Source: Pseudomonadota bacterium (GTDB taxonomy: Bacteria > Pseudomonadota > Alphaproteobacteria > CACIAM-22H2). Taken from it: DNA of 64,000 bases. Within the stretch, counting starts at the first letter, position 1, and each line of letters begins with the position of its first letter. The stretch covers positions 11,149 to 75,148 of the forward strand of contig JACQDQ010000194.1 in the NCBI GenBank assembly GCA_016201015.1. Direction: 5' to 3'. A program made the position numbers and the translations under genes. The notes below the pieces were generated by a model. It did no database searches. It was given only the letters and a program-made list of their open reading frames with translations, and had not been told where the DNA came from. Shown one piece after another: positions 19,908 to 32,389 of the stretch.

Positions 19908-20807
19908 CTACTCCACCATCTCCTCATCCGCATAGCCCTGGGCATAGAGCAGGGTGACCAGATCGCCGTGATCGACCCGCACCCTGGCCTCGGCGGCCAC
20001 CACCGGCTTGGCGTGGAAGGCGACGCCCAGGCCGGCGGCACGTAGCATGTCCAGGTCGTTGGCGCCATCGCCCACCGCCACCGCCAGTTCCGGGGTGATG
20101 CCCAGTTCGGCAGCAAAGGCGTTCAGGGTGGCCAGCTTGGCCTCGCGGCCGATGATGGTGTCTCCAACCTGACCGGTCAGTAGACCATCCTCGACGATCA
20201 GCTCGTTGGCGATATCGCGGTGAAAGCCGCAGGCCTCGCGCACCTTGGAGGTGAAGAACTTGAAGCCGCCCGAGACCAGCACGGCGGTGGCCCCGTGCTT
20301 GACCATGGTCCGCACCAGCTTGTGGGCGCCGGGGGTGAATTCGATACGCTCCCAGGTCTGCCGCAGGCAATCGGCCGACAGGCCCTTGAGCAGGCCGACC
20401 CGCTCGCGCAATGCCGCCTCGAAGCCGATCTCGCCATTCATGGCCCGCGCCGTGATGGCGGCGATATGATTCTTGAGGCCGGCGAAGTCGGCCAACTCGT
20501 CCAGGGTCTCCCCGGTGACCATGGTGGAATCCATGTCGGCGACCAGCAGGCGCTTGCGCCGCCCCTCGGTCTTCTGGGCCACCACGTCCACGTCCCAGCC
20601 TTCGAGGATACGGGCGGCAACCTGATCGGCCTGGCGGGGGTCGAGCCCCTGGAATTCCAGGTCGCAGGCGTGTCCCTCCGACAGCCACGAGGCGGCGCCG
20701 GCCTCGGCCCCCAGGGCGCGCAGCGCGCCGCGAACCTCGAACACCAGCGAGGAATCGAGCCCTTCGCCGCCATGGCCGGCGATCAGGGTCAGAACGTTTT
20801 CCATCAC
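19908..20807 (-). CDS. serB: phosphoserine phosphatase SerB
   Basis: HAD motifs DMDSTM and GDGANDL; 299 aa. Confidence 0.9.
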   Translation of the reverse strand: MMENVLTLIAGHGGEGLDSSLVFEVRGALRALGAEAGAASWLSEGHACDLEFQGLDPRQADQVAARILEGWDVDVVAQKTEGRRKRLLVADMDSTMVTGETLDELADFAGLKNHIAAITARAMNGEIGFEAALRERVGLLKGLSADCLRQTWERIEFTPGAHKLVRTMVKHGATAVLVSGGFKFFTSKVREACGFHRDIANELIVEDGLLTGQVGDTIIGREAKLATLNAFAAELGITPELAVAVGDGANDLDMLRAAGLGVAFHAKPVVAAEARVRVDHGDLVTLLYAQGYADEEMVE

Positions 20808-20919
20808 ACATCCTTGGGGCTAAGACGAAGGCGGTTCCGTTTACTGCACCGCAACGCGGATTGGCAAGCAGGAAGCCCTTGGCGTGACGGCGGGAGAGGA
20901 CTAAACCGAAGGTGACGAC

Positions 20920-22176
20920 ATGTTCTGGGAGGCTCCATTGTCCGTGCCGCTGCTCCGTCCCTTTCCCGGTCTGCGCCCCACCCCCGCCCATTCCGCCCAG
21001 GTGGCCGCCCCGCCCTACGACGTGCTGTCCTCGGCGGAGGCCCGGGTGATGGCGGCGGACAAGCCGCTGAGCTTCCTGCACGTCTCCAAGCCCGAGATCG
21101 ATCTGCCCGCGGGCACCGACGTCTATTCCCCCGAAGTCTACGCCAAGGCCGCCGAAAATCTGCGGACCATGATCCATGCCGGTGTGCTGGTCAGGGATGC
21201 CAGACCCTGCTTCTACGTCTACCGCCTGCAGATGGGCCTCCATGTGCAGACCGGCATCGTCGGCGGCGGCTCGGTGGCGGCCTATGATGCCAACCGCATC
21301 CGCAAGCACGAATTCACCCGGCCCGACAAGGAAGATGACCGCGTCCGCCAGATCGACGCGTGCAACGCCCAGACCGGGCCGGTGCTGCTGGCCCATCGCT
21401 CCACGGCGGAGCTGGACGCAATCCTCGCCCAGGTCACCGCCCGCCCCCCGGTCTATGGCGTCACCGCCGCCGACGCCATCACTCACACCTTGTGGGTGAT
21501 GGACGACGAAGCCCAGATCAAGACGATCATCCAATCCTTCGAGGCCATGCCGGCACTCTACATCGCCGATGGCCACCACCGCTCCGCCGCCGCCTCGCGG
21601 GTGGCCGCCGCCCGGCGGCGCGGTGCCGACAGCGATTCCGCCCATGAATCCTTCCTGGTGGTAACCTTCCCCATCACCGAGATGAAGATTTTCGACTACA
21701 ACCGCGTGGTCACCGATCTCAACGGCCTCGACTCCGCCGCCTTCCTGAAAGCGCTGGAGGCCGACTTCGCCGTCGAGCCGGTGGCGGAGCCGGCGCGTCC
21801 GGCCCGGCCCGGTGAGTTCGGACTCTACCTCAAGGACCAATGGTACCGCCTCGGTCTCAAGAATCCGCCTCCCGCCGATCCGGTGGCGCGCCTCGACGTC
21901 AGCCTGCTGTCCGACCGGCTGCTGGGACCGATCCTCGGAATCAGGGATCTGAGAAAGGACAAGCGCATCGATTTCGTCGGCGGCAAGCGCGGCCTGGGCG
22001 AGTTGGAGCGTCGCGTCGATTCCGGTGAGATGGCCGCCGCCTTCGCCCTGTTCCCCACCGGCATGGAAGATCTGGTGGCGGTGGCCGAGTCCAATCAGGT
22101 GATGCCGCCCAAATCCACCTGGTTCGAGCCCAAGCTGGCCGACGGGCTGGTCAGCTATCCCCTGGACTGGCGGTAG
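20920..22176 (+). CDS. DUF1015 domain protein
   Basis: 418 aa; APPYDVLS...CFYVYRLQMG...ADGHHR motifs characteristic of DUF1015. Confidence 0.8.
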   Translation: MFWEAPLSVPLLRPFPGLRPTPAHSAQVAAPPYDVLSSAEARVMAADKPLSFLHVSKPEIDLPAGTDVYSPEVYAKAAENLRTMIHAGVLVRDARPCFYVYRLQMGLHVQTGIVGGGSVAAYDANRIRKHEFTRPDKEDDRVRQIDACNAQTGPVLLAHRSTAELDAILAQVTARPPVYGVTAADAITHTLWVMDDEAQIKTIIQSFEAMPALYIADGHHRSAAASRVAAARRRGADSDSAHESFLVVTFPITEMKIFDYNRVVTDLNGLDSAAFLKALEADFAVEPVAEPARPARPGEFGLYLKDQWYRLGLKNPPPADPVARLDVSLLSDRLLGPILGIRDLRKDKRIDFVGGKRGLGELERRVDSGEMAAAFALFPTGMEDLVAVAESNQVMPPKSTWFEPKLADGLVSYPLDWR

Positions 22177-22177
22177 C

Positions 22178-23302
22178 GTGCCCCCCTTACCCCTCTCCCG
22201 CTCCGGCCGCTTTCCCAAGGCCCATCGGCCGTTCTTCCTGGCGGCCTGCCTGTATGCGGCGCTGTCCGTGCCCCTGTGGGTGGCGGAATGGGCCGGCTTG
22301 CTGCCCGGCTGCTCCGGCTGCGACCCGGTGGCACGCCACGCCCACGAAATGCTGCTGGGCTTCGCCGGAGCGGTGCTGGGCGGCTATCTCTTCACCAAGA
22401 TCAGCCACGCCCGGCTGGCCTTCGCCCTGGCGGCATGGCTGGCGGCGCGCATCGGCGCCTGGACGGGGATCGGAGGTTGGGCCGGACTGGTCCTGGCGCT
22501 GGCCTATCCCATCACCCTGTTCGTCCTCGGCGGCTGGCCGTTCCTGAAGGCCGCCAAATGGGGCCACAACATGGTGTTCGCGCCAACCATCGCCGCCTTC
22601 GCCCTGGCCGAGGGATTGTATCAGGCCGGGCGCCTGGGCCTGCTGGAAGCGGGCGAGCGCCGCGGCGTGCTCACCGCCTTCGACCTGGTGGCGCTGATGA
22701 TCCTGGTCATGGGCGGAAGGGTCATTCCCGCCGGCATGGCCGGACTGGTACGCCAGGAGGATGCCCGGGAATTGTTCGACCGCAACCGCCCTTGGCTGGA
22801 GGCGGTGGTGGTGGCAGGCATGGCGGCGCAGATCCTGAGCGATGCCCTGGCCCTGCCCCCGTTCGGCGCCCTGGTGGTGGCAGGCGTGGCCGGGCTGATG
22901 CGCCAAGCCCGCTGGCGGCCCAAGCTGGCGCTCGGCGACGCTTCGCTCGGCCCCCTTCAGGTGGGATATTCCCTGCTGGCGGTGGGCCTGATCGCCGCCA
23001 CGGCCAGCGACCTGCTGGGGATCGGCCCCGGCACCGACGCCCTGCATCTGGCCACCATCGGCGGCATGGGCGTGGTGACCGCCACCATGATGCTGCGCAT
23101 CGACACCATCCGCGAGCGCCGCCAGGATGCCGGCTGGCCGCGCACCGCCATCCTCGCCGCCGTGCTGCTGGTGGGCGCCGCCGATCTGCGCATCGCCGCC
23201 CCCCTGGCCCCGGAAGTGCTGATCCCCGCCGCCATGACCCTGTGGTCGATGGCGTTCGCCCTGGTGGGGTGGAGGTTGGCGCGGGGGTGGAAGTCGCCAT
23301 GA
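22178..23302 (+). CDS. nnrS: NnrS family membrane protein
   Basis: Polytopic membrane protein with conserved His-containing helices (HAHEMLLGF). Confidence 0.8.
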   Translation: MPPLPLSRSGRFPKAHRPFFLAACLYAALSVPLWVAEWAGLLPGCSGCDPVARHAHEMLLGFAGAVLGGYLFTKISHARLAFALAAWLAARIGAWTGIGGWAGLVLALAYPITLFVLGGWPFLKAAKWGHNMVFAPTIAAFALAEGLYQAGRLGLLEAGERRGVLTAFDLVALMILVMGGRVIPAGMAGLVRQEDARELFDRNRPWLEAVVVAGMAAQILSDALALPPFGALVVAGVAGLMRQARWRPKLALGDASLGPLQVGYSLLAVGLIAATASDLLGIGPGTDALHLATIGGMGVVTATMMLRIDTIRERRQDAGWPRTAILAAVLLVGAADLRIAAPLAPEVLIPAAMTLWSMAFALVGWRLARGWKSP

Positions 23303-24231
23303 AGCCCGCCCTGGTCATCGCCGGTCCCACCGCGTCGGGCAAATCCGGGCTTGCGCTGAAGATAGCCCGCGAATTCGGCGGGGTGGTGATCAATGCGGAT
23401 TCCATGCAGGTCTATGATTGCCTGCCGATCCTGACCGCCCAACCGTCGCCCGCCGACGAGGCCGCCGTGCCCCATCGTCTCTATGCCGTCCTGGCGCCCG
23501 GCGAACTGTGCTCTGCGGCGCGGTGGAGCGAGATGGCGGCGGCCGCGATGCGGGCGGCCTGGGCCGAGGGCAAGCTGCCCATTCTCACCGGCGGCACCGG
23601 GCTTTACCTGCGCTCGGTGATGGAGGGGCTGTCGCCCATTCCCGAGATTCCCGATTCCGTCCGTGCCGAGGCCCGCGCCAAGCTGGCCGAGATGGGCAAC
23701 GAGGCCTTTCATGCCCGGCTGGCCCAGCGCGATTCCGAGATGGCAAGACGCCTGCAAGTGGGCGATTCCCAGCGCATGGCCCGCGCCTGGGAAGTGATCG
23801 AAGCCACCGGACGCTCCCTGGCCCTTTGGCAGGAGGACGCGCGCCAGGGCGCCGTCGCCGCCAACTGGTTCTCCATCACCCTGCTGCCCGAGCGGGCCCG
23901 GCTTTACGCCGCCTGTGACGGACGCTTCGGCGCCATGATGGCGGCCGGCGCCCTCGATGAAGTCCGCGCCTTCGAGGCCCAGAGCCACGCGCCCGACCTG
24001 CCGATCTCCAAGGCCCTGGGATTGCGGGAACTGGCCGCCCTTCTGCGCGGCGAGATGGGAGAGCAGGAGGCGATCGCCGCGGCCCGCCAATCCACCCGCA
24101 ACTACGCCAAGCGCCAGCTCACCTGGTTCCGCCATCAATTGAATGCGTCGATGGTAGCTTCCGAGCAACTTTCGGAAAGTTTAATAGCCACAATCTTTCT
24201 GAAAATTCGCCAACACCTCTTGACCCCATGA
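23299..24231 (+). CDS. miaA: tRNA dimethylallyltransferase MiaA
   Basis: P-loop GPTASGKS, ADSMQVY and ILTGGTGLY motifs. The ORF-track ORF at 22276 is an upstream extension of this frame. Confidence 0.9.
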   Translation: MKPALVIAGPTASGKSGLALKIAREFGGVVINADSMQVYDCLPILTAQPSPADEAAVPHRLYAVLAPGELCSAARWSEMAAAAMRAAWAEGKLPILTGGTGLYLRSVMEGLSPIPEIPDSVRAEARAKLAEMGNEAFHARLAQRDSEMARRLQVGDSQRMARAWEVIEATGRSLALWQEDARQGAVAANWFSITLLPERARLYAACDGRFGAMMAAGALDEVRAFEAQSHAPDLPISKALGLRELAALLRGEMGEQEAIAAARQSTRNYAKRQLTWFRHQLNASMVASEQLSESLIATIFLKIRQHLLTP

Positions 24232-24336
24232 GGACATGGGGATAGGTTGTGCCCCCGCGCCGCAGTGCAGCAGCGCGATTCCTTGCGTGCCCGCCGCTTT
24301 TCGCGGGCGACAACGACATAAGCTTAAGGTGCTGAG

Positions 24337-26103
24337 ATGGTGCATCACGATACGTTGACCGGAGCGGAAATCCTCCTCAAGGCCCTGGTCGATCAGGGCG
24401 TAGAGGTCATTTTCGGATATCCCGGCGGCGCCGTACTGCCCATCTATGACGAGCTGTTCAAGCAGAACCGGCTGCGCCACGTGCTGGTGCGTCACGAGCA
24501 GGCCGCCGTCCATGCCGCCGAAGGCTATGCGCGGTCCACCGGCAAGGTCGGCTGCGTCCTGGTGACCTCGGGCCCCGGCGCCACCAATGCGGTGACCGGC
24601 CTGGCCGACGCCCAATGCGATTCGGTGCCGCTGGTCTGCCTGACCGGGCAGGTGCCCACCCATCTGATCGGCAACGACGCCTTCCAGGAAGCCGACATCA
24701 CCGGCATCACCCGGCCGTGCACCAAGCACAATTATCTGGTCAAGGACGTCAACGACCTGGCCCGCATCGTCCACGAGGCCTTCCATGTGGCCCGCTCGGG
24801 CCGCCCCGGCCCGGTCCTGGTGGACCTGCCCAAGGACGTGGTCCAGGCCAAGGGCGAGTACCAGACGCCCTCCAAGGTCAAGTCCAAGTACAAGCCCCAG
24901 GTCAAGGGCGACCTGAAGGCCATCGAGAAGGCGGTCGAGATGATCGCCCACGCCAAGCGGCCGATCTTCTACGTGGGCGGCGGCGTGGTCAATTCCGGCC
25001 CGGCGGCCTGTCAGCTCATGACCCAGTTCGTGCGCATGACCGGCTATCCCTGCACGCTCACCCTGATGGGCCTGGGCGCCATTCCCGGTTCGGACCCGCT
25101 GTTCCTGGGCATGTTGGGCATGCACGGCACGGTCGAAGCCAATATGGCCATGCATGGCTGCGACCTGATGATCAATATCGGCGCCCGCTTCGACGACCGC
25201 GTCACCGGCAAGCTGGACGGCTTCTCGCCGGATTCCAAGAAGATCCATGTGGACATCGATCCCAGCTCCATCAACAAGAACGTGGCCGTGGATCTGGCCA
25301 TCGTCGGCGATTGCGCCCATGTCCTCGAGGACATGATCAAGGTGTGGAAGGCCAAGCAATGCCGCGTCGATGATAAGGCGCTGAAGGCGTGGTGGGCTCA
25401 GATCGACCAGTGGCGCGCCACCGATTGCCTGGCCTTCGAGAATTCCAACAAGATCATCAAGCCGCAATACGCCGTGCAGCGCCTCTACGAACTGACCCGG
25501 CACCGCAACCCCTATTTCTGCACCGAAGTGGGCCAGCATCAGATGTGGGCGGCCCAGTATCTGAAGTTCGACCTGCCCCATCACTGGCTGACCTCGGGCG
25601 GGTTGGGCACCATGGGTTACGGCCTGCCCTCGGCCATGGGCGTGCAGATGGCCCATCCCGACGCCCTGGTGGTCAATATCGCCGGCGAGGCCTCGATCCA
25701 GATGAACATCCAGGAGATGGCCACCCTGGTGCAGCATCGCCTGCCGGTGAAGATCGTCATTCTCAACAACCAGTATCTGGGCATGGTCCGCCAGTGGCAG
25801 GAGCTGATCCATGGCGGCCGCTACTCGGAAAGCCACATGATCCACCATCCCGATTTCGTCAAGCTGGCCGAGGCCTTCGGCGCCGTCGGCCTGCGCGCCG
25901 AAAAGCCCGAGGAGGTCGATGGCGTCATCAAGGAGATGATGGCGGTGGACCGCCCGGTCATCGTCGAGATGCGCACCGATGCCTCGGAGAACGTCTTCCC
26001 CATGATCATGCCCGGCATGGCCCATAACGAGATGGTGCTGGGCCCGGAGGACAAGGGGCGCGACAAGCCGGGCTCGGAGCAAGACGGCATGGTTCTGGTG
26101 TAA
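24337..26103 (+). CDS. ilvI: acetolactate synthase large subunit
   Basis: 588 aa. TPP-enzyme N-domain, central domain and TPP-binding GLGAMGYGLPSA-type motif. Confidence 0.95.
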   Translation: MVHHDTLTGAEILLKALVDQGVEVIFGYPGGAVLPIYDELFKQNRLRHVLVRHEQAAVHAAEGYARSTGKVGCVLVTSGPGATNAVTGLADAQCDSVPLVCLTGQVPTHLIGNDAFQEADITGITRPCTKHNYLVKDVNDLARIVHEAFHVARSGRPGPVLVDLPKDVVQAKGEYQTPSKVKSKYKPQVKGDLKAIEKAVEMIAHAKRPIFYVGGGVVNSGPAACQLMTQFVRMTGYPCTLTLMGLGAIPGSDPLFLGMLGMHGTVEANMAMHGCDLMINIGARFDDRVTGKLDGFSPDSKKIHVDIDPSSINKNVAVDLAIVGDCAHVLEDMIKVWKAKQCRVDDKALKAWWAQIDQWRATDCLAFENSNKIIKPQYAVQRLYELTRHRNPYFCTEVGQHQMWAAQYLKFDLPHHWLTSGGLGTMGYGLPSAMGVQMAHPDALVVNIAGEASIQMNIQEMATLVQHRLPVKIVILNNQYLGMVRQWQELIHGGRYSESHMIHHPDFVKLAEAFGAVGLRAEKPEEVDGVIKEMMAVDRPVIVEMRTDASENVFPMIMPGMAHNEMVLGPEDKGRDKPGSEQDGMVLV

Positions 26104-26115
26104 GGGGGAACGGAC

Positions 26116-26631
26116 GTGAGCAAGCCCATGGAAGAAGTCAACCGCCACACCGTCGCCGTCCTGGTGGACAACGAATCCGGCGTGCTGGCCCGGGTCATCG
26201 GCCTGTTTTCGGGCCGGGGCTATAACATCGAAAGCCTGACCGTGGCCGAGGTCGATGCCGGCGAGAAGCTGTCGCGCATTACCATCGTGACCAGCGGCAC
26301 CGCCATGATCATCGAGCAGATCAAGAATCAGCTGCGTCGCCTGGTGCCGGTGCACAAGGTCCATGACCTGACCATCGAAGGCCCCCATGTGGCCCGCGAA
26401 CTGGCCCTGGTCAAGGTGACCGCCACCGGCGACAAGCGGGTGGAATCCTTGCGTATCGCCGACATCTTCCGGGCCCGCGCCATCGACTCCACCAACGAAT
26501 CGTTCGTGTTCGAAGTGGTCGGCGCCACCGAGAAGGTGGACGCCTTCATCAAGCTGATGGAGCCGCTGGGCCTCGCCGATGTTTCGCGGACCGGCGTCGT
26601 CGCCATTGCGCGCGGACCGAATCCGATTTAG
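26116..26631 (+). CDS. ilvH: acetolactate synthase small (regulatory) subunit
   Basis: ACT domain start (HTVAVLVDNESGVLARVIGLFSGRGYNIESL); 171 aa. Confidence 0.9.
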   Translation: MSKPMEEVNRHTVAVLVDNESGVLARVIGLFSGRGYNIESLTVAEVDAGEKLSRITIVTSGTAMIIEQIKNQLRRLVPVHKVHDLTIEGPHVARELALVKVTATGDKRVESLRIADIFRARAIDSTNESFVFEVVGATEKVDAFIKLMEPLGLADVSRTGVVAIARGPNPI

Positions 26632-27705
<1,074 letters not shown>

Positions 27706-27733
27706 GCTTCGGCACGGTTCTGACGATCGGGAA

Positions 27734-27767
27734 GGCCCCGGCGGGAAACCGCCGGGGCCTTTTTCGT
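27734..27767. terminator. bidirectional rho-independent terminator between ilvC and the convergent repeat-protein gene
   Basis: GGCCCCGGCGGgaaaCCGCCGGGGCCttttt. Confidence 0.6.
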
Positions 27768-29068
27768 CAGCGCACGAAGCGCCCGAACAGATCTTCCGCG
27801 AAAGCCGCGAATGCGAGGGGCGAACTGTCGGGGCCAAGGCCGGCCCGCCTGGCCTTCTCGATCAGGGCCAGCATCACCACCAATTCGCTCTTGCGGCCGA
27901 ACAGGCGCTCGAAGACGGGAGCGGGCAGCAACAAGGCCGACTTGGTCAACATCGCCGCCATCTGTTCCGACGACAGGCCGAAATCCACCGTCAGGCGCCG
28001 CACGGTTCCGGCGCCGGTCGTGGCCAGGGCCCGGCTGGCGCGGCGCAACTCCTCGAGGCTGGGGCGGCCGAGGGCATCCTTGATCTCGGGGCGGACCAGG
28101 ATCGACACCATGGTCTCCATGCGGATCAGGCGGCCGTCCAAGGACAGCAGCTTGTCCACACGGGGGCGTTCATCGAACAGGGGGGCATCGAACAGGGGGG
28201 CATCGAACAGGGGAGCGCTGGGCAGCGAGGCGCTGCCGACCACCGCTTCCGGGGGCACGGCGGGCATGGGCTCGGGCGCAGGCAGGGGCTCGGGCGCAGG
28301 CAGGGGCTCGGCCCGTAGCGGTGCGGCCTCGGCCTCGTCGCCGGGCAACAGCCGGTAATCCTGGCCCCCATCCAGCCAAGCCGCCAATTGCGCCGGATCA
28401 CGGAAGTCGAGAATGCGCGCCCCCAGGGCCAGGACTTCCGGCGGGCTCATGCGGGCGTATTGCGGAATGATGGGCACTTGCCAATCGTGCAGCAGGTAGC
28501 GGTGAATGGACGAGTAAAGCAGGTCGGCGGGCGAGGACCGGGAGGCAAGACGCGCGCGGCGATGCGCCTGGGTCCGCCCCGCCAGCCATTGGGTCATGCC
28601 GCCCCATCCCAATCCCTCGGGCCGGTCGAAGCGCGAGCCCGAGCGCCCGGTCCAGGGAGCGGGCGGATTGAGACGCTGGCGGAAATGCCGCTTGGCCGCC
28701 GAGCGTACGATCATGGCCACCACCTGATTGATGGTCCGGCCACATTCCAGCGGCGTATTGTCGCTGTCCACCGGCACCAGGTTGCGATCCAGCAGAATGG
28801 GCCGGAACAGGTCACGATGGGCGCGAAAGGCCTGGAAGCAGGAATGCAGGCTTTGCCAGTCGGCCAGGATCATCTCGAACTCCCGTCCCCTGGGCAGCAC
28901 CGCCAGATCCGGCACCAACCCGGTCATGATCCGAATCATCGGCCCGGCCAGACTTTCGTTGATACGCCGGCGGCGACGCTGGTTGGCGACGGCCGCGGCG
29001 GTGGCGAGGGTAGAGGATGAGGACATGACCTTAACTCCGACTCCTAACAGGGACAATTCCGAGCTCAC
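27767..29068 (-). CDS. hypothetical protein with a Pro/Ala-rich repeat linker (PLPAPE x2, PLFDA x3)
   Basis: 433 aa with high GC3; no recognisable catalytic motif. Both the N-terminal ~230 aa domain and the C-terminal helical domain are unassigned. Confidence 0.5.
   Translation of the reverse strand: MSSELSLLGVGVKVMSSSSTLATAAAVANQRRRRRINESLAGPMIRIMTGLVPDLAVLPRGREFEMILADWQSLHSCFQAFRAHRDLFRPILLDRNLVPVDSDNTPLECGRTINQVVAMIVRSAAKRHFRQRLNPPAPWTGRSGSRFDRPEGLGWGGMTQWLAGRTQAHRRARLASRSSPADLLYSSIHRYLLHDWQVPIIPQYARMSPPEVLALGARILDFRDPAQLAAWLDGGQDYRLLPGDEAEAAPLRAEPLPAPEPLPAPEPMPAVPPEAVVGSASLPSAPLFDAPLFDAPLFDERPRVDKLLSLDGRLIRMETMVSILVRPEIKDALGRPSLEELRRASRALATTGAGTVRRLTVDFGLSSEQMAAMLTKSALLLPAPVFERLFGRKSELVVMLALIEKARRAGLGPDSSPLAFAAFAEDLFGRFVR
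28171..28312. repeat. two in-frame DNA tandem repeats (15-nt unit x3, 18-nt unit x2) inside the 27767..29068 gene
   Basis: catcgaacagggggg x3 and ggctcgggcgcaggcagg x2. Confidence 0.75.
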
Positions 29069-29216
29069 CTGTCGACATTAGCTGGTTGTCCACGGATAAA
29101 ATGTGAGGTGACTCACATAATTATGCCTTTTTTATCAGTATGATGGCTGGCAGTTGGGAATGAGTCCGGTTCATGAAACCAGACGAGATTCCCCATGTCT
29201 GATAAAGGAGAAGATC

Positions 29217-29456
29217 ATGTCTTCCCGTCTCGCTTGCATCGGCCTCATCGCCACCGCCCTGACCGTTTCAGGGTGTTCCAACATGAAGGAATGGGAACAG
29301 CGCGCCCTGTCCGGCGGCGCCATCGGGGCGGCCGCCGGCAGTGGAATCGCCTATATCGCCGGCGGCCCGGTACTGGGAGCGGCCCTGGTCGGCGGTGCCG
29401 CCGGCGCCGCAATCGGCGGCCTGACCTCCCCGGATCAGGTCAGCGTCCACAAGTAG
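29217..29456 (+). CDS. small glycine-zipper lipoprotein (YMGG/17-kDa-antigen-like)
   Basis: RBS aaaggag, lipobox LTVSGC and a GxxxG-rich tail (GGAIGAAAGSGIAYIAGGPVLGAALVGGAAGAAIGG). Confidence 0.6.
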   Translation: MSSRLACIGLIATALTVSGCSNMKEWEQRALSGGAIGAAAGSGIAYIAGGPVLGAALVGGAAGAAIGGLTSPDQVSVHK

Positions 29457-29638
29457 TCGCAAAATCGAGGCCTTTCGACACAGGATATACACATGATCCT
29501 GTTGACATTGCGCCGCAAAATGGCCTTCCTATAGCGGCGGTAAACGGGTTTCACAGCCTGTTTCACCGCCGCCTTTCCACCCCGCTTGCCCCTTTGCCGG
29601 CGCCTGTCGCCAGGGTGCCCGCAGTCAAGAGCGTTTCC

Positions 29639-31183
29639 ATGGATCAAAACCGGGTCATCATCTTCGACACCACCCTTCGCGACGGCGAGCAATCGCCCGG
29701 CGCCTCCATGAATCTGGAAGAGAAGGTGCGTATCGCCCTGGTGCTGGAAGAGATGGGCGTCGACGTGATCGAAGCCGGCTTCCCCATCGCCTCGAACGGC
29801 GATTTCGAAGCGGTCGAGGCGGTGGCCAAGGCCGTCAAATCATCGGTGATCTGTGGCCTGGCCCGCGCCACCAAGGGCGATATCGAACGCTGTGCCGAGG
29901 CCATCCGGCCGGCGGCGCGCGGCCGCATCCATACCTTCTTGTCCACCAGCCCGCTGCACATGAAGTACAAGCTGCAGATGGAGCCGGACAAGGTGCTGGA
30001 AAAGGTCATCGACTCGGTGAGCTATGCCCGTACCCTGACCGATGACGTGGAATGGTCGGCCGAAGACGGTTCGCGCACCGAACATGACTTCCTGTGCCGC
30101 TGCGTCGAGGGCGCCATCAAGGCCGGCGCGCGCACCATCAACATTCCCGACACCGTCGGCTACGCCATCCCCGAGGAATACGCCGCCCTGATCGGCATGC
30201 TGTTCAACCGGGTGCCCAATATCGACAAGGCCATCATCTCGGTTCACTGCCACAACGACCTGGGGCTGGCCGTGGCCAATTCCCTGGCCGCCCTGGGCAA
30301 GGGTGCCCGGCAGGTGGAATGCACCATCAACGGCCTGGGCGAACGCGCCGGCAACGCCGCCATGGAAGAAGTCGTCATGGCGCTGCGCACGCGCCCCGAC
30401 CTCATGCCCTTCAAGACCGGCATCAAGACCGAGAGCATCACCCGGGCCTCGCGGCTGGTCTCGACCATCACCGGCTTCGTGGTCCAGCCCAACAAGGCCA
30501 TCGTCGGCAAGAACGCCTTCGCCCATGAATCGGGCATCCACCAGGACGGCGTCCTCAAGCATGCCCAGACCTACGAGATCATGACCCCGGAATCCGTGGG
30601 CCTGAACCGCTCGAACCTGGTGATGGGCAAGCATTCCGGCCGTGCCGCCTTCAAGGCCAAGCTCAAGGATCTGGGCTACGAGCTGGGCGACAACGCCGTC
30701 GAGGACGCCTTCAACCGCTTCAAGGATCTGGCCGACCGCAAGAAGGACGTGTTCGACGAGGACATCGTCGCCCTGGTCGACGATGCCGTGGTGCGCGGCA
30801 ACGACCGGGTCAAGCTGGTCTCGCTGGAAGTGCTGTGCGGCACCAAGCACCAGCCGCCGTCGGCGACCCTGGAACTCTCCGTGGACGGCCAGATCAAGGC
30901 TGTGCAGGCCACCGGCGACGGCCCGGTGGATGCGACCTTCAACGCCATCAAGGCACTGTTCCCCCACGAGGCGCGGCTGCAGCTTTATCAGGTCAGCGCC
31001 GTGACCCAGGGAACCGATGCCCAAGCCGAAGTCACCGTGCGCCTGGAAGAAGACGGCAAAACCGTCAACGGCCAGGGCGCCGAGACCGATACCCTGGTGG
31101 CCTCGGCGCGGGCCTATGTCAATGCGCTGAATAAACTTTTGGTCAAAAGAGAAAAAACAGCCCCCGACGCGACCGGGGCGTGA
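29639..31183 (+). CDS. leuA: 2-isopropylmalate synthase
   Basis: MDQNRVIIFDTTLRDGEQSPGASM... HCHNDLGLAVANS motifs; 514 aa. Confidence 0.95.
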   Translation: MDQNRVIIFDTTLRDGEQSPGASMNLEEKVRIALVLEEMGVDVIEAGFPIASNGDFEAVEAVAKAVKSSVICGLARATKGDIERCAEAIRPAARGRIHTFLSTSPLHMKYKLQMEPDKVLEKVIDSVSYARTLTDDVEWSAEDGSRTEHDFLCRCVEGAIKAGARTINIPDTVGYAIPEEYAALIGMLFNRVPNIDKAIISVHCHNDLGLAVANSLAALGKGARQVECTINGLGERAGNAAMEEVVMALRTRPDLMPFKTGIKTESITRASRLVSTITGFVVQPNKAIVGKNAFAHESGIHQDGVLKHAQTYEIMTPESVGLNRSNLVMGKHSGRAAFKAKLKDLGYELGDNAVEDAFNRFKDLADRKKDVFDEDIVALVDDAVVRGNDRVKLVSLEVLCGTKHQPPSATLELSVDGQIKAVQATGDGPVDATFNAIKALFPHEARLQLYQVSAVTQGTDAQAEVTVRLEEDGKTVNGQGAETDTLVASARAYVNALNKLLVKREKTAPDATGA

Positions 31184-31268
31184 TATAGCACGCCCACTCG
31201 GGAATTTTTATGACGACTTGGATTCGCCGGCAGCCCCTGGCGGATCGGTTTGACTGACGACATCGTAG

Positions 31269-32324
<1,056 letters not shown>

Positions 32325-32389
32325 AGTAACCATGCGAGGAAAGCCCGCCGGGCTAACGGTCGCGATCGAGGATCGGGGCGGGTAACGCG

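Noticed and set aside
19924-22218. 764-aa minus-strand ORF
   Set aside because: Antisense to serB and the DUF1015 gene; Arg/Gly/Pro-rich low-complexity translation with no motifs.
22276-24231. 651-aa + strand ORF
   Set aside because: It is an artefactual upstream extension of the miaA frame through the nnrS region; the real miaA starts at 23299 with MKPALVIAGPTASGKS.
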